A stretch of DNA of 63,421 nt, filler included, from Octopus bimaculoides (lineage: Eukaryota): assembly GCF_001194135.2 (NCBI RefSeq). It is 3 parts of 3 records of this genome, joined end to end, with 100 filler letters (N's around TTAATTAATTAA, not from the genome) between each part and the next. Parts side by side here need not be neighbours in the genome. Positions count along the whole stretch, not along the records: positions 26,825 to 55,954 come from NC_068982.1; 2 more parts are not named here. One strand, given 5' to 3'. A program made the translations under genes and the position numbers. Below, in pieces: positions 37,950 to 49,854 of the stretch; positions within the stretch are counted from its first letter, which is position 1; each line of letters starts with the position of its first letter. The notes beneath the pieces were generated by a model. It was not told where the DNA came from. It was given only the letters and a program-made list of their open reading frames with translations, and ran no database searches.

Positions 37950-38480
37950 ACTGACATTCTGTCTGTTATGACGGCAAGGGTTCCAGTTGATCAGATCAAT
38001 GGAACAACTTGCTCATGAAATTAACATGCATGTGGCTGAGCACTCCACAGACATGAGTAACCTTAACATAGTTCTTATGGAGATTCAGTGTGACACAGAG
38101 TGTGACAAGGCTGGCCCTTTGAAATACAGGTACTACTCAACTTTGCCAGCTGAGTGGATTGGAGCAGCATGAAATAGAGTGTCTTGCTCAAGGAAACAAT
38201 GCATCACCAGGAATTGAACTCACAACCATATGATTTTGAGCCGAATACCTAACCACTAAACCATGCACCTTCACTGTCTCATAATATATGCAATATTAAT
38301 AGTAAATTATCAGCCGGTACAGGCATGAGTGTGTGGTTAAGAAGTTTGCTTCCTGACCACATGGTTTCAGGTTCAGTCCCACTGCATGGCTCCATGGGTA
38401 AGTGTATTTTACTATAGTCCTGGGCCAACCACACCCTTGTGATTCAATTTGATAGATGGAAACTTAATGAAGCTCATCGT
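37950..38480. mobile_element. SINE-C-type copy (minus, 37950-38275) and SINE-A 5' half (plus, 38320-38480)
   Basis: GTGTCTTGCTCAAGG...GAATTGAACTC...ACCACTAAACCATG; then GTGTGGTTAAGAAGTTTGC...GGTTCAGTCCC. Confidence 0.7.
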
Positions 38481-39714
38481 ACACACATGTACATATATAA
38501 ATATACATATGTATATATGTTTCTATATATGAATGTATGTCTATGTTTCCTTATCTTGACATCAAGTCATTGTTGTAAATGAATTTCATTCGTTTCTGAT
38601 ATTCTGCAAAAAGCATATCTGACCAGAGGAAGTATTACCTTGCTTGGAAACAGGTGAGGGTTGGTGTCAGGAAAGGTATTTGGCTGTTTTGCCAGGGTTT
38701 TCATGGCTGGATGCTCTTCTTAACATCAACCGCCCTGCAGAGTGAACCGAGTGCCTTTTGTGTAAGCACCAGCACAGATGAGATCAGTTTTGGCATGATT
38801 TTACATGCCAACCACTTTACAGTGTGGACTGAATGCTTTTTACGTGGTACCAGCACTGGCAGGGTCACCAAGTAACTTGCAAAACAAGGAACAGAAATAC
38901 AAAACAATAAGAGTCCAAAGGGACTTATACTGAGTCCCTTTATTTTAAGTGTGCTTTACATTCTCTTTTTATGTATACCACCCCTACTTGGTTAAATCTT
39001 TCTGTGACAATACTCACAATAAAATACACTATGTATGTCAAGACTTATGATAAATGATATACAAGCAGTGACTATTCTATATTTCATTCAGACATAATAT
39101 ATTCAGGACTATTTAATCCAATATTTTTCCCCCTTTATGTGATTTGAGGTAGATTTAAATGTTATCTTTTATGCGTTGACTAAACGCACAGTATTTCTCA
39201 CTGGGTTGAGAAATAACTGTCTCTGTATGAGGTACGGCTAGTTCATTTGTGACAAATTATTGTAATGTCCAACTCAGTGGAAATTTTAATTCTCTGTGAC
39301 CAATTTATCATTTGTTACTGCTTGTGAATAAATGATCTCAAGTTATTTGTAACCAGCTGGTAGATTGGTTTCCATCTTTTAAGTATCTTGGTCTTAATAG
39401 ACATGATTACATAGCGACATCAATTATATCTGAAAATTCTAAGCAGTGGGCTTTATATCAGAGGAAATGGCTGCAATTCTGTTAGTTTCTCTCTTAGAAA
39501 TATCTGGTTCTTTTTTCTCCTTATTGATAACATCTGGTTGGCAAGCTTTATATATCTCTAATTGAGCAGAAATGTCTCTTGACAGTCAGTCAGACATTCA
39601 GTATGGATCCATAAGCATATCAGATTTAATGTCATGTCATAACAATTAAAAATAAAAAAGAAAAAACCTGATCCCGAAGAGTTAGCAAAATCTCCTGTGA
39701 TTAGTTACACTATT

Positions 39715-40022
39715 GGTGATGGATGTTGTTGTTTAGCCCCAGGCAGGCCTGATTAGGTACACTCATGATCAAAGTTATTTCAGTTATGATCGTCTTGTCT
39801 TTTTTTCACATATACAACTATATTATAATGAGATGCTTCAAAACATTCGAGTGTAATTTGAGGGAAATTCAGTTGCTATTTCCAACAAATCAAATGACCA
39901 TCTAGAAGCTTTCTTGTTGGTTTGTTCCTTCTGGATCATGTGACATTTTGTGGCTTTAACCTTAATAGAAGGTAGAATATTTGGGCTCGATTTGGCTGGT
40001 TTAACTGTTAAAGGGTTAAACC
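39715..40022. mobile_element. DNA-transposon-derived fragments ending AAAGGGTTAA (possible piggyBac-like TTAA/CCC terminus)
   Basis: Terminus AAAGGGTTAA at 40011-40020; complementary TTAACCCTTT starts occur at 13556 and 21459; partial similarity to 520-740. Confidence 0.35.
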
Positions 40023-40164
40023 TGATGAAGAATTACAAAATGTCAAAGCCAGTAGGTCATGTGCAACTGCTACTGCTATGGTCATCATTCAGAAACCAGA
40101 ATGATTTAGTGGCATGTCCCATGCTCTTACTAATTGTCTTATGTAACTATATCGTTGATAAACA

Positions 40165-40386
40165 TAAGGAGTGGGTGCTAAAAAGTTCCTGGCTTTGGAT
40201 AAAATAAAATAGAGAAGGACCAGTTAATTTTGATTTTACCCAACATATTCCCCTCTCAGATTCACACACTTATTGCAGCTGTCCTTCAGTTATTCTAAAC
40301 CCTGTAAAAGAACTTGGAAGGTTGGGCCTCCAGCCAGGCCTTTCATAATACCTTTAAAGCCAGGAGATTTTTAACATTTCCTCATA
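40165..40386 (-). mobile_element. Mariner-derived MITE
   Basis: TA-flanked TIRs GGTGCTAAAAAGTTCCTGGCTTT / AAAGCCAGGAGATTTTTAAC; interior is the reverse complement of 40962-41181. Confidence 0.8.
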
Positions 40387-40961
40387 GGCATCCAGTTGTT
40401 CCTTGCATGTCTGACTCTTTGGAACAGCAAAGATCTGATGACTGGCAAGAAAATAGGCTGCTACTGACTATGGCTGATCATTTCCCTCTGAGGAAACGAA
40501 CGGGTCTTTTACGAAATATTTACTGTATTTTTGAAGTTATTTTCACTTAAAAATATTTTGCCCATCATAATGTGTTTAATAGAAATGTTAGAATTTCTTC
40601 CTTATCAGGGTTAAGTTGTTTTCAGAGTATTTTCCCATTATGCACCATTTTGGGTATTTATACACCAAAACCCTGAATATCTCAATAACCACTGGTCTGA
40701 TTTACGCGAAACTTGTTTTATTCCGTTTGTATTCACATTTCAGTTATGCACCAGTTTGGCTGTGTAACATTGCAAGCAAGTAAGATTGTACTTCATTTTT
40801 AATGTAATATATATATATATGAATGTATTATTGATGTGACAAGAATATTTACATATTATTCTTTTTATATAACTTTATATGCTCAGAGATCCATTGTTCC
40901 CAAAACATAATTGTGTGTTTGTTTGTGTGTGCTTGTGTGTGCGCGTGTGTATGTATGTATG

Positions 40962-41178
40962 TATGATGAGGTGCTGAAAAGTTCCTGGTTTTATGGATAT
41001 TGCAAAAGGCCTGGTTAGAGGACTAACCTTCTGAGTTCATTTACAGGGCTTGGAAGAACTGAAGGACTGTTGCAATAAGTGAGTGAATCTGAGAGGGGAA
41101 TATGTGGAATAAAATCATAATTAGCTTATCCTCCTGTACGTTATTTTACCCAAAGTCAGGAACTTTTCAGCATCCCTC

Positions 41179-41181
<3 letters not shown>
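40962..41181 (+). mobile_element. Mariner-derived MITE
   Basis: TIRs GGTGCTGAAAAGTTCCTGG / CAGGAACTTTTCAGCATCC; interior retains a mariner C-terminus LQGLEELKDCCNK*VNLRGEYVE*. Confidence 0.85.
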
Positions 41182-41209
<28 letters not shown>

Positions 41210-41211
41210 AG

Positions 41212-41263
<52 letters not shown>

Positions 41264-41846
41264 NNNNNNNNNNNNNNNNNNNNNNNNNNNNNNNNNNNNN
41301 NNNNNNNNNNNNNNNNNNNNNNNNNNNNNNNNNNNNNNNNNNNNNNNNNNNNNNNNNNNNNNNNNNNNNNNNNNNNNNNNNNNNNNNNNNNNNNNNNNNN
41401 NNNNNNNNNNNNNNNNNNNNNNNNNNNNNNNNNNNNNNNNNNNNNNNNNNNNNNNNNNNNNNNNNNNNNNNNNNNNNNNNNNNNNNNNNNNNNNNNNNNN
41501 NNNNNNNNNNNNNNNNNNNNNNNNNNNNNNNNNNNNNNNNNNNNNNNNNNNNNNNNNNNNNNNNNNNNNNNNNNNNNNNNNNNNNNNNNNNNNNNNNNNN
41601 NNNNNNNNNNNNNNNNNNNNNNNNNNNNNNNNNNNNNNNNNNNNNNNNNNNNNNNNNNNNNNNNNNNNNNNNNNNNNNNNNNNNNNNNNNNNNNNNNNNN
41701 NNNNNNNNNNNNNNNNNNNNNNNNNNNNNNNNNNNNNNNNNNNNNNNNNNNNNNNNNNNNNNNNNNNNNNNNNNNNNNNNNNNNNNNNNNNNNNNNNNNN
41801 NNNNNNNNNNNNNNNNNNNNNNNNNNNNNNNNNNNNNNNNNNNNNN

Positions 41847-41898
<52 letters not shown>

Positions 41899-42366
41899 CA
41901 AACAGACACACACACACTTACACACACACACACACACACACCCACACACATGCATGCATATATATATCATAACCGTATGTTCATCATCCTCTCCATTATT
42001 ATTCTTTTTCTTTATGCAAGAAATCAATTTTATGTTTGCTGAGCAAATATTCCGTACCATAGTTACGGTCACATTGCTGGTTTTGTTAGTATTGATGTTG
42101 TCGAGTTGTCCTAGAAAAATATGAGGGTTTTGCTGTCTTTGAGGCCCATTAGTGTAGTTGTCTGGAAGTGGTTTGGACTTTTGCTTATGTTTTTGTTGAT
42201 TACATAACATTAAATTCATAATTTACACATGCATGCACAAACACACAAACACTCAGATATATACATAGGTTTGTGTGTGTGTATTCATATATGTGTATAT
42301 GTATATATGTATATATGCATGAATGTGTGTATATGTATATATATATATAAGAATGTATGAATATAC

Positions 42367-42415
<49 letters not shown>

Positions 42416-42559
42416 TATGCTTCCAGTTCAGCATTCTGCCTTTTTTTCATTTTCCTATTATTTCTCCACGTGCAGTTAACACAACTCCACTATTTACTGA
42501 CTTATGTATATATATATATATATACATATATGTATGTATGTGTGAAATATATAGGGAGA

Positions 42560-42740
42560 ATACATGAAAAACAAAAGACGAAGACAAGTGGTTTAGACAA
42601 CAAACAGATGTATTAGTTTAACGCTCGGGAAGTGAAAATGCCTTTAACGGTTCAAGCCTACGCTCTTCCACAGAAAGGAACACAGAAAGAAACAGGGAGA
42701 GAAAATAAAGAATGTGTAGTGGCTAGCAATCTATTGAGTG
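42560..42740 (-). mobile_element. Penelope-like short repeat with a decayed hammerhead-like motif (42642-42677)
   Basis: Minus strand CTTT-CTGTGGA-A-GAGC-GTAG-GCTT-GAAC-CGTT-AAAG has the same layout as SINE-H, with core substitutions. Confidence 0.4.
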
Positions 42741-42748
42741 TGTGTGTG

Positions 42749-42779
<31 letters not shown>

Positions 42780-42799
42780 GTATTCTTTTATTCTTTAAT

Positions 42800-43199
42800 T
42801 TCTTTATTTGTTTCAGTCATTTGACTGTGACCATGCTGGAGCGCTGCCTTTAGTCGATCAAATCGACTCCAAGACTTATTCTTTGTAAGCCTAGTACTTA
42901 TTCTATTGGTCACTTTTGCTGAACAGCTAAGTTATGGGGATGTAAACACACCAGCGTTAGTTGTCAAGCGATGGGTGGTGAGGGACAAACAAAGACACAC
43001 ACACAAATTTACACACACAAATTTACACACACACACACGCATACAACGGTCTTCTTTCAGTTTCTGTCTACCAAATCGACTCACAAGGCTTTGGTCGGCC
43101 AGAAGCTATAGTAGAAGACACTTGTCTAAGGTGCCACACAGTGGAACTGAACCTGGAACCATGTGGTTGGTAAGCAAGATACTTACCACACAGTCACTC
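42800..43199 (-). mobile_element. SINE-A, full length
   Basis: Both halves with a (CA)n spacer. Confidence 0.9.
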
Positions 43200-43282
43200 A
43201 TTTTAACAAATATATTTATGTGGTGTGATGGAGGAAAAAGACAACAAGAAGCAAAAGGACAGAATGAAATGTTGGACCTTAC

Positions 43283-43450
43283 CTTGTCGACCGCAGCGGA
43301 GTACACAATCGCTCCTGATCAAAACACGTCTTTCTCATAACCTCTCTGTTTTCTGACTGACGCACGTGCTGGCCTTCGACCGCATGTGTCCGACTTCCGG
43401 TCTGACCCTTCCGGTCTGGCCCTTCCGGTCTGGCTTCACTTCTGTTTGCC
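43283..43450 (-). promoter_or_regulatory. Candidate CpG-rich promoter and first exon of an unidentified transcript
   Basis: Three CCGGAAG ETS cores at 14-bp period (43394, 43408, 43422), E-box CACGTG (43363-68), TGACG, local CpG enrichment, and a consensus donor AAG|GTAAGG at 43283/43282 on the minus strand. Confidence 0.55.
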
Positions 43451-43499
43451 TCGCCTCTCTCCACCAACAGCACACAGCTCATCACAGCCCATAACACCA

Positions 43500-44291
43500 C
43501 AATTTACCTATATTACATAAAAATATCTTGAAATACTAAATAGTAAATTTATTCAATAAAATCGCCATTGGCTTCAACTACAGCCTCCAGATGACTTCGG
43601 AAAATCCTGCAACTCTTCTGGATGGTCACCTTGTTTAAGTTGGTGAATGCTGCCATAATCCTTGCCTTCAGTTTATCTTTAGTGTTACAAGGAGTTCTGT
43701 TGGTCTCTCACTCAACTGCTCAACATATAACAATCAAGGGGGTTGCAGTCTGGGGAGTTAGGTGACTAGATGTTAGTGATGTGGTTGCAGAAATTGTCTG
43801 ATAGCCATGACTGGGTTTTCCTGCTTGTGTGGCATGGTGCAGGGTTCTGTTGCCAGACTTAGGGTACTCCAGCAGCCACTCTCTTGACCCAGGGAAGCAC
43901 TGCCTCCTCCAGGCACTTGATGTAGGCCTCTGTGTTGAGTCTGAGGCCATGTGGGAAGATGAATAGAGGCATAACGTCACCATCACTAGTGATCACTAAA
44001 AAAAACCATGATGTTTGAATTTTATCACTCTTGGTACATGTCCTCAGACTGCACTACCCTCAGATTGACACCCAAACACTCTGAAATGTATATATTGGAG
44101 TTTCCAGTGTGAATGCCAATCAGTACAGCATGTCGTTTCCAAATTTCTGGCACTGTGAATTGCATCATGGTGCTGTTTGTCTCACAGAAAGTGCCCAACT
44201 GACCCAACTATACTATGGAGTTAACAAACAATGTACATACACAAAATTAAAAATATAAAATGGCGACAATTTACCCATCGCACTGTGTGTA
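43500..44291 (-). mobile_element. Tc1/mariner (maT/DD37D-like) internal-deletion derivative
   Basis: N-terminus PEIWKRHAVLIGIH joined near 44020 to VITSDGDVMPLFIFPHGLRLNTEAYIKCL...WQQNPAPCH...SPDCNPLD...EANGDFIE*; third catalytic residue is D; contains stops; left TIR near 44291; right end missing. Confidence 0.85.
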
Positions 44292-44835
44292 TATGTATGT
44301 ATATATATGTATGTATGTATGTATAGTATATATTTATGTAGTATATATGTACATACACACAATTTCCAGGATTGAAGAGAATCAAGTACTTAAGTAGTGA
44401 AACACCAAGGTCAGGTTGGTGATACCATTATTGTGTACATACTATATTTAAGGAAGAATATGTACTCACTAAAGTAAACATGAATTTGTACTCCTGCTGT
44501 GCATACATTCACAAATGGCTGACTGAATACAAAACGAGTCACCAAGGTCACACATGGGTACACCCACTGCACCTACTACACCTATTATTATTATATTATA
44601 GGTGTAAGCATGTGTGTCTGATCAAGAAATTTGCTTTGCAGGCATATGGTTTTAGGTTCACATTGCCACTGCTTTGGGCAGTTGTGACTCTGTTTATGTC
44701 CTGTATAAACAAAAAGTCTGTTTGTTTGGGAGGTAAAGTACTTACTTGAAAACATGTAATGGTCATACCTGGAAGCAGATTCAGAAGCTTTGTTGAATCC
44801 ATGTTAGCATGAAAGGAGTGGAATTGAAAACAGTC

Positions 44836-45248
44836 TTTTATCTTTTACTTGCTCCAGAATGGCCACAGTCCATTCTGGAGCACTGTCTTCAAGAATTTTA
44901 GCCCAACAAATTTACCCTAGGACTTTTTTAAAGCCTCCTACTTATTCTGTCGGTCACTTTTGCTAAACTGTTAAGTTATGGGGACATAAACAAACCAGCA
45001 CTGGTTGTCAAGTGGCGGTGGGGGACAAACACATACACAAAGATACACATAGATACACACACACACACACATGCGTACACACACACATGCACACCATGGC
45101 TTTCTTCTAGTCTCTGTTTACCAAATCCACTCACAAGACTTTGGTCAGCCTGAAGCTATTGTAGAAGACACTTGCCCAAGGATCCACACAGTAGGACTGA
45201 ACCCAGATCGTATGGTTGGGAAGTTAACTTCTTACCACACAGCCATAC
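44836..45248 (-). mobile_element. SINE-A, near full length (diverged)
   Basis: Both halves with a CA spacer. Confidence 0.8.
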
Positions 45249-45719
45249 AAAATTTTCTTTAATGCTTTTACTTTAGAAATCAGATATATATCATCCACTC
45301 ACACTTTCATTTCCCTTAAGTGTGGAAAGCAGTTTTTTATACCAATCTTTATTTGTTGAGAAATGTTATGTTTGCAACAGGACTTTCAGAAAATATCAAT
45401 TGTATTTTTTGGTAGATATTTGACATCATTACTGGAATAACCATGGAATTTAATTTTGTAGTTAATGGGATAATGCCGTTATTCTAGTGCAAAAAAGGTC
45501 TTTGTTCCTGGCCTGAACAAATCTATAATGCTGTAAAATTTGATCAGACACTAAATCGTTTCTTAGATGCTTGCAGCTTAAAATTATGTGGCATTATGGG
45601 ATATAGCAGAACTGTTAGATTGGATTTTCTTATTGCCTGCCTGTCTGATCATTTTGTTAAGACAATATCATTTATCTTTTCTTTCATATTTTATTTCTCC
45701 AAACATAGCTGCAGTCTAA

Positions 45720-46260
45720 TAACTCAGTCATTGGACTGCAGTCATGATGGGACACCACATTGAAAGATTTAGCTCAACATATTGACCCCAGTATTTAATT
45801 TAAAAAAAAAAAAGATCTGGTACTTACACTTTCAGTCTCTTCTGCTGAAATTGCCAAGTTATGGGGAAGTAAAAAAAATCAACACCAGTTATCAAACAGT
45901 AGGGTGGGAGACAAATGGAAAGATGCATACACACACATATGCACACATACACATAGACACACACACACACACACACAGACACACACACATGTGCACACAC
46001 ACATGCATGCAAGTGCATGCACACACATGCATACATGCACACATACGCACATGTTCACACACACATACACACACATGCACACATACACACATATTCACAC
46101 ACACATGCATACACACATGCATGCATGCACACATACACACGTGCACACACACACGTACATGCGCACACACACACATACTCTCACACATACACGTGTATGC
46201 ACACACACACGCATGTACACAAACACTCAAACACACACACACACACACATGCGTGTATAT
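45720..46260 (-). repeat. SINE-A 3' half running into a roughly 340-bp CA/CATG cryptic microsatellite
   Basis: Directly visible; source of His/Thr- and Cys/Val-rich pseudo-ORFs. Confidence 0.8.
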
Positions 46261-46369
46261 ATAAATGTATTTATAAATGTATGTAAGTATATATGTTTAC
46301 CCACAACAGAATTGAGATCCTAAAAACAAGGTGTTACATAAAAAGTATTATTGTGGATACTGAAGCTAC

Positions 46370-46700
46370 ATAAAAAGCACTCAGTACATTCTGTACAGTG
46401 GTTGGCATCAGGAAGGACATCCAGCTGTAGAAACCAAGCCAAAACAGACAAATGGAGCCTGGTGTGCCCCACCCCTAGTCTTGCCATTTTCTGTCAAGCC
46501 GTCCAACCCATGCCTGCATGGAGAACGGATATTAAATGATGATAATAATGATGACTATGATGATGATGATGTAGAAGGCATTAATTGGCCTGGTGTTATA
46601 GCAGAAGACACTTACCCTTGCTGGCACTCAGTGGGACTGAACCCAAAGCCTTGTGGTTTACAAAACAAGCTACTTAACAACATAACCATGCTTGTGCCTA
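46370..46700. mobile_element. Old RTE-1 tip (plus, 46370-46570) and SINE-A 5' half (minus, 46590-46700)
   Basis: GGTTGGCATCAGGAAGGACATCCAGCTGTAG...GATGAT tail; then AGAAGACACTT...GGGACTGAACCC. Confidence 0.7.
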
Positions 46701-47839
46701 TATGTGAAACTAGTTAAGACTAATTCCATACAAAGCAACAAACACACCCAACAAAAGGATCTTCACATGATTCTTTGGCCTTTTTGAAAAGTTGCAGCCA
46801 AATTTTCTTCAAACTTCATCCTGCTGTTTTGGAAAAAGTAAAAAAAAAAAAAAAAAAGTAAGATTCATTGGAAAATATAGTCTTAGATACACTAAAGCTG
46901 AATAAAAGAGATGATGTTTATGGCTGGGATTCCTTTAATTCTTGGTTTACTCAGTTAGAAGCGAAACGATAATAAAACAGAAGAACAGAAGAAACACGCC
47001 AATAAAATACAAATGATAAGAGCACCATAAATAGGATGGGAAATCTGATAGAAGGAATAAGAACAAGAATTGAAGAAGCAAAGTGTATATGGATTAAAGA
47101 AAGAGAGGAGACAAAACTGCAAGCAATGAATGCAAAAAATTCTTTGCAATATAAACAACGAAATGGTTATAGCAAATATAAATCACATCTATTATACAAC
47201 GGTTAGCATAAAGTGCAAATGATAATGAGAACATATGTGTTTGTGTCGGTGTATGTGTGTGTGTGTGCTTGTGTATGTGTGTTTGTGTATGTGTGTGTAT
47301 GTATGTATGTATGTATGTATGTATGTATGTGTGTATGTGTGTGTATGTGTGTGTATGTGTGTATGCCTATGTATATTTGTGTGCTTGAGGGCGTGAGTGT
47401 GTGTGTGTGTGTGTGTGTGTATGAAATGAAAAGCAAACCACCTTAGAAAAAATAAATTTATAGAAATAGATTTAACGAAACAGAAAGGACTTTATAATAT
47501 TAGCAGAAATGCTAAATCAACAGAGATAGGTATATATAATAGAAGAAAATGAAAAAAAGAGATATTTGAAATGATAAACTTAGAAATAAGTTGGAAATAT
47601 GAAGATTTGGGAAAAGCCCCATAGATCAGATGATCTGAAAAGAAAAACAAACAGTGTAAACAAAAATTTAATTATTAATGAAATTAGAAAGACTTTCTTT
47701 AAAGAAACTATGAAGCAAATCAGGGAGATACAGGCAAAAAGAAATGTAGATTTCCCTAACAGGAAATGCAAAATTTGGGTCTGAAATATGGAAGAAAAGA
47801 CACTTGAACAAAGAAGTTCAGTGAATTGCAGTCCGACAA

Positions 47840-47969
47840 ATATAAAACATTATTTATATTATTTACATTTGACAGATATTTGTCCTCCATCTTGTTTGTT
47901 GTTAACACAACATTTCGGCTGATATACCCTCCAGCCTTCATCAGGTGTCTTGAGGAAATTTCGAACCTG
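47840..47969 (-). mobile_element. SINE-H body
   Basis: Homologous to 19637-19765, including the AATGTAAATAAT-like tail. Confidence 0.85.
47904..47951 (-). ncRNA. Minimal type I hammerhead ribozyme, best-preserved SINE-H copy
   Basis: Stem I GACAC/GUGUU, CUGAUGA plus one extra A, stem II GGCUGG/UCAGCC, GAAA, loopless stem III AUGU (ACGU in the 22740 copy), cleavage triplet GUU. Confidence 0.7.
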
Positions 47970-48040
47970 GGGCATATGGTGTAGTGGTTAAGAGCACGTG
48001 CTACTAACCCCAAGTTTCCGAGTTTGATTCCAGGCAGTGA

Positions 48041-48108
<68 letters not shown>

Positions 48109-48109
48109 N
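47970..48109 (+). mobile_element. SINE-H tRNA-like head plus (AAT)n, inverted relative to the adjacent body
   Basis: A box TGGTGTAGTGG (47977-87), B box GAGTTTGATTCC (48020-31), then (AAT)n into a gap. Confidence 0.8.
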
Positions 48110-48650
48110 NNNNNNNNNNNNNNNNNNNNNNNNNNNNNNNNNNNNNNNNNNNNNNNNNNNNNNNNNNNNNNNNNNNNNNNNNNNNNNNNNNNNNNNNNNN
48201 NNNNNNNNNNNNNNNNNNNNNNNNNNNNNNNNNNNNNNNNNNNNNNNNNNNNNNNNNNNNNNNNNNNNNNNNNNNNNNNNNNNNNNNNNNNNNNNNNNNN
48301 NNNNNNNNNNNNNNNNNNNNNNNNNNNNNNNNNNNNNNNNNNNNNNNNNNNNNNNNNNNNNNNNNNNNNNNNNNNNNNNNNNNNNNNNNNNNNNNNNNNN
48401 NNNNNNNNNNNNNNNNNNNNNNNNNNNNNNNNNNNNNNNNNNNNNNNNNNNNNNNNNNNNNNNNNNNNNNNNNNNNNNNNNNNNNNNNNNNNNNNNNNNN
48501 NNNNNNNNNNNNNNNNNNNNNNNNNNNNNNNNNNNNNNNNNNNNNNNNNNNNNNNNNNNNNNNNNNNNNNNNNNNNNNNNNNNNNNNNNNNNNNNNNNNN
48601 NNNNNNNNNNNNNNNNNNNNNNNNNNNNNNNNNNNNNNNNNNNNNNNNNN

Positions 48651-48925
48651 GAAACTGAAAGAAGCCCTTCGTATATATGTATATATATATTTTTTGTATG
48701 TGAGTGTATATGTTTGTGTGTCTGTGTTTGTCCCCCCAACATCGCTTGACAACTGATGCTAGTGTGTTTACGTCCCTGTAACTTAGCAGTTCGGCAAAAG
48801 AGACCGATAGAATAAGTACTAGGCTTACAAAGAATAAGTCCTGGGGTCGATTTGTTTGACTAAAGGCGGTGCTCCAGCATGGCCATAGTCAAATGACTGA
48901 AACAAGTAAAAGAGTAAAAGAGTAA
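48651..48925 (+). mobile_element. SINE-A (5' part lost in gap)
   Basis: GAAACTGAAAGAAGCCC...GAAACAAGTAAAAGAGTAAAAGAG. Confidence 0.85.
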
Positions 48926-49189
48926 TATAACATACTTAACATGAGTATCACTGAGAATCCAGAAGCTGCAGTTTTGCATGCAGGAGAAATCCTTTTATAG
49001 ATGTGTTGTGTTAAAAAAACACAATATATTTCAGAGTTTGGCAGAACGATATTGGACTGAAAGTGACTACAAGAGTGACAGATATACATTTCACCATAGT
49101 TGCAGCTTGTCAATGTCACATGTTCATGTTATCTCTGAAATGAATTTAAATCAGGCAGTCTGTATATATAGAGAGTGTGTAAACAATAC

Positions 49190-49340
49190 ACTGGCTTTGA
49201 TGAAAACAAACTGTTGCCAACTGAACAGAAAGTGTGCAAAGCAAAAGAAAAATGAGTGATGGGTACAAGGAAGAACCCCTAATGGACAAAAAAGCATGGA
49301 TAGATTATAAGAAGGCATACAGAGGTCTAACCGATATTGC
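49190..49340 (+). pseudogene. R4/Dong-like reverse transcriptase remnant
   Basis: ENKLLPTEQKVCK and AWIDYKKAY (49294-49320), frameshifted; match RT segments LP.EQKGC and WIDY.KA.D. Confidence 0.5.
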
Positions 49341-49854
49341 TACATTGAAAATGCTAGATAACACTCAAAACTGGATTAAACCCATAAAGGCCCTAAGCAC
49401 TTAAAAGATTTTAGTGTCCCCTTATGTGTGTAATTCGAAATATAAACAATAATAAACCAGAAGATGAATTTTTATTTTTCAAGATAAAACAAAACTAACA
49501 AATGGAAAATAAAGTTTATTTTTGTATACTTCCACTTTGTTCATATTTGAAAAGTACTTTCCTACTTTTTTTTATTGCAAAGTCTTTGATCAACTCCTCA
49601 CTATGACACTATGAGCACTTTGGAATTATATTTGCAATCATTTAACCCATTTTGAACATTATTTTAGCAAGTTTAAAGTGATTTTTTTTTTGTGTTGTTA
49701 ATCATTTACTATATCTGTTGTGCCCTCTTTCCATTGATGCCCTATGCACGTGTTTATTTTGCTTAATGATTAATCCAGCACTGATAACACTGAGTCAAAG
49801 GTAATTGACTTCATCTGACACAGTATGGAAAACTGGACTATGAAATTGATCTTA

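Noticed and set aside
39188-39225. 13-14-bp hairpin as a pre-miRNA (also short hairpins at 8383-8412 and 38907-38931)
   Set aside because: Stems are too short for a pre-miRNA and expected by chance in AT-rich DNA.
3393-40779. Isolated exon-like segments (plus: 3393-3423, 18048-18113, 32160-32209, 40744-40779; minus: near 12790-12832, 14179-14366, 15300-15375)
   Set aside because: Plausible splice dinucleotides, but no recognisable protein, mixed strands, and they lie on different scaffolds; cannot be assembled into a gene.
43279-43500. 73-aa minus-strand ORF over the candidate promoter
   Set aside because: It runs through the motif array and past the splice donor; no recognisable protein.
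47970-48044. Possible tRNA gene (also other A/B-box heads)
   Set aside because: No complete acceptor stem and embedded in multicopy repeats, so treated as SINE heads.
1524-48752. Long ORFs spanning N gaps, and Y/I, C/V, H/T, L/S or homopolymer-rich ORFs
   Set aside because: They are translations of gaps and simple repeats, not genes.
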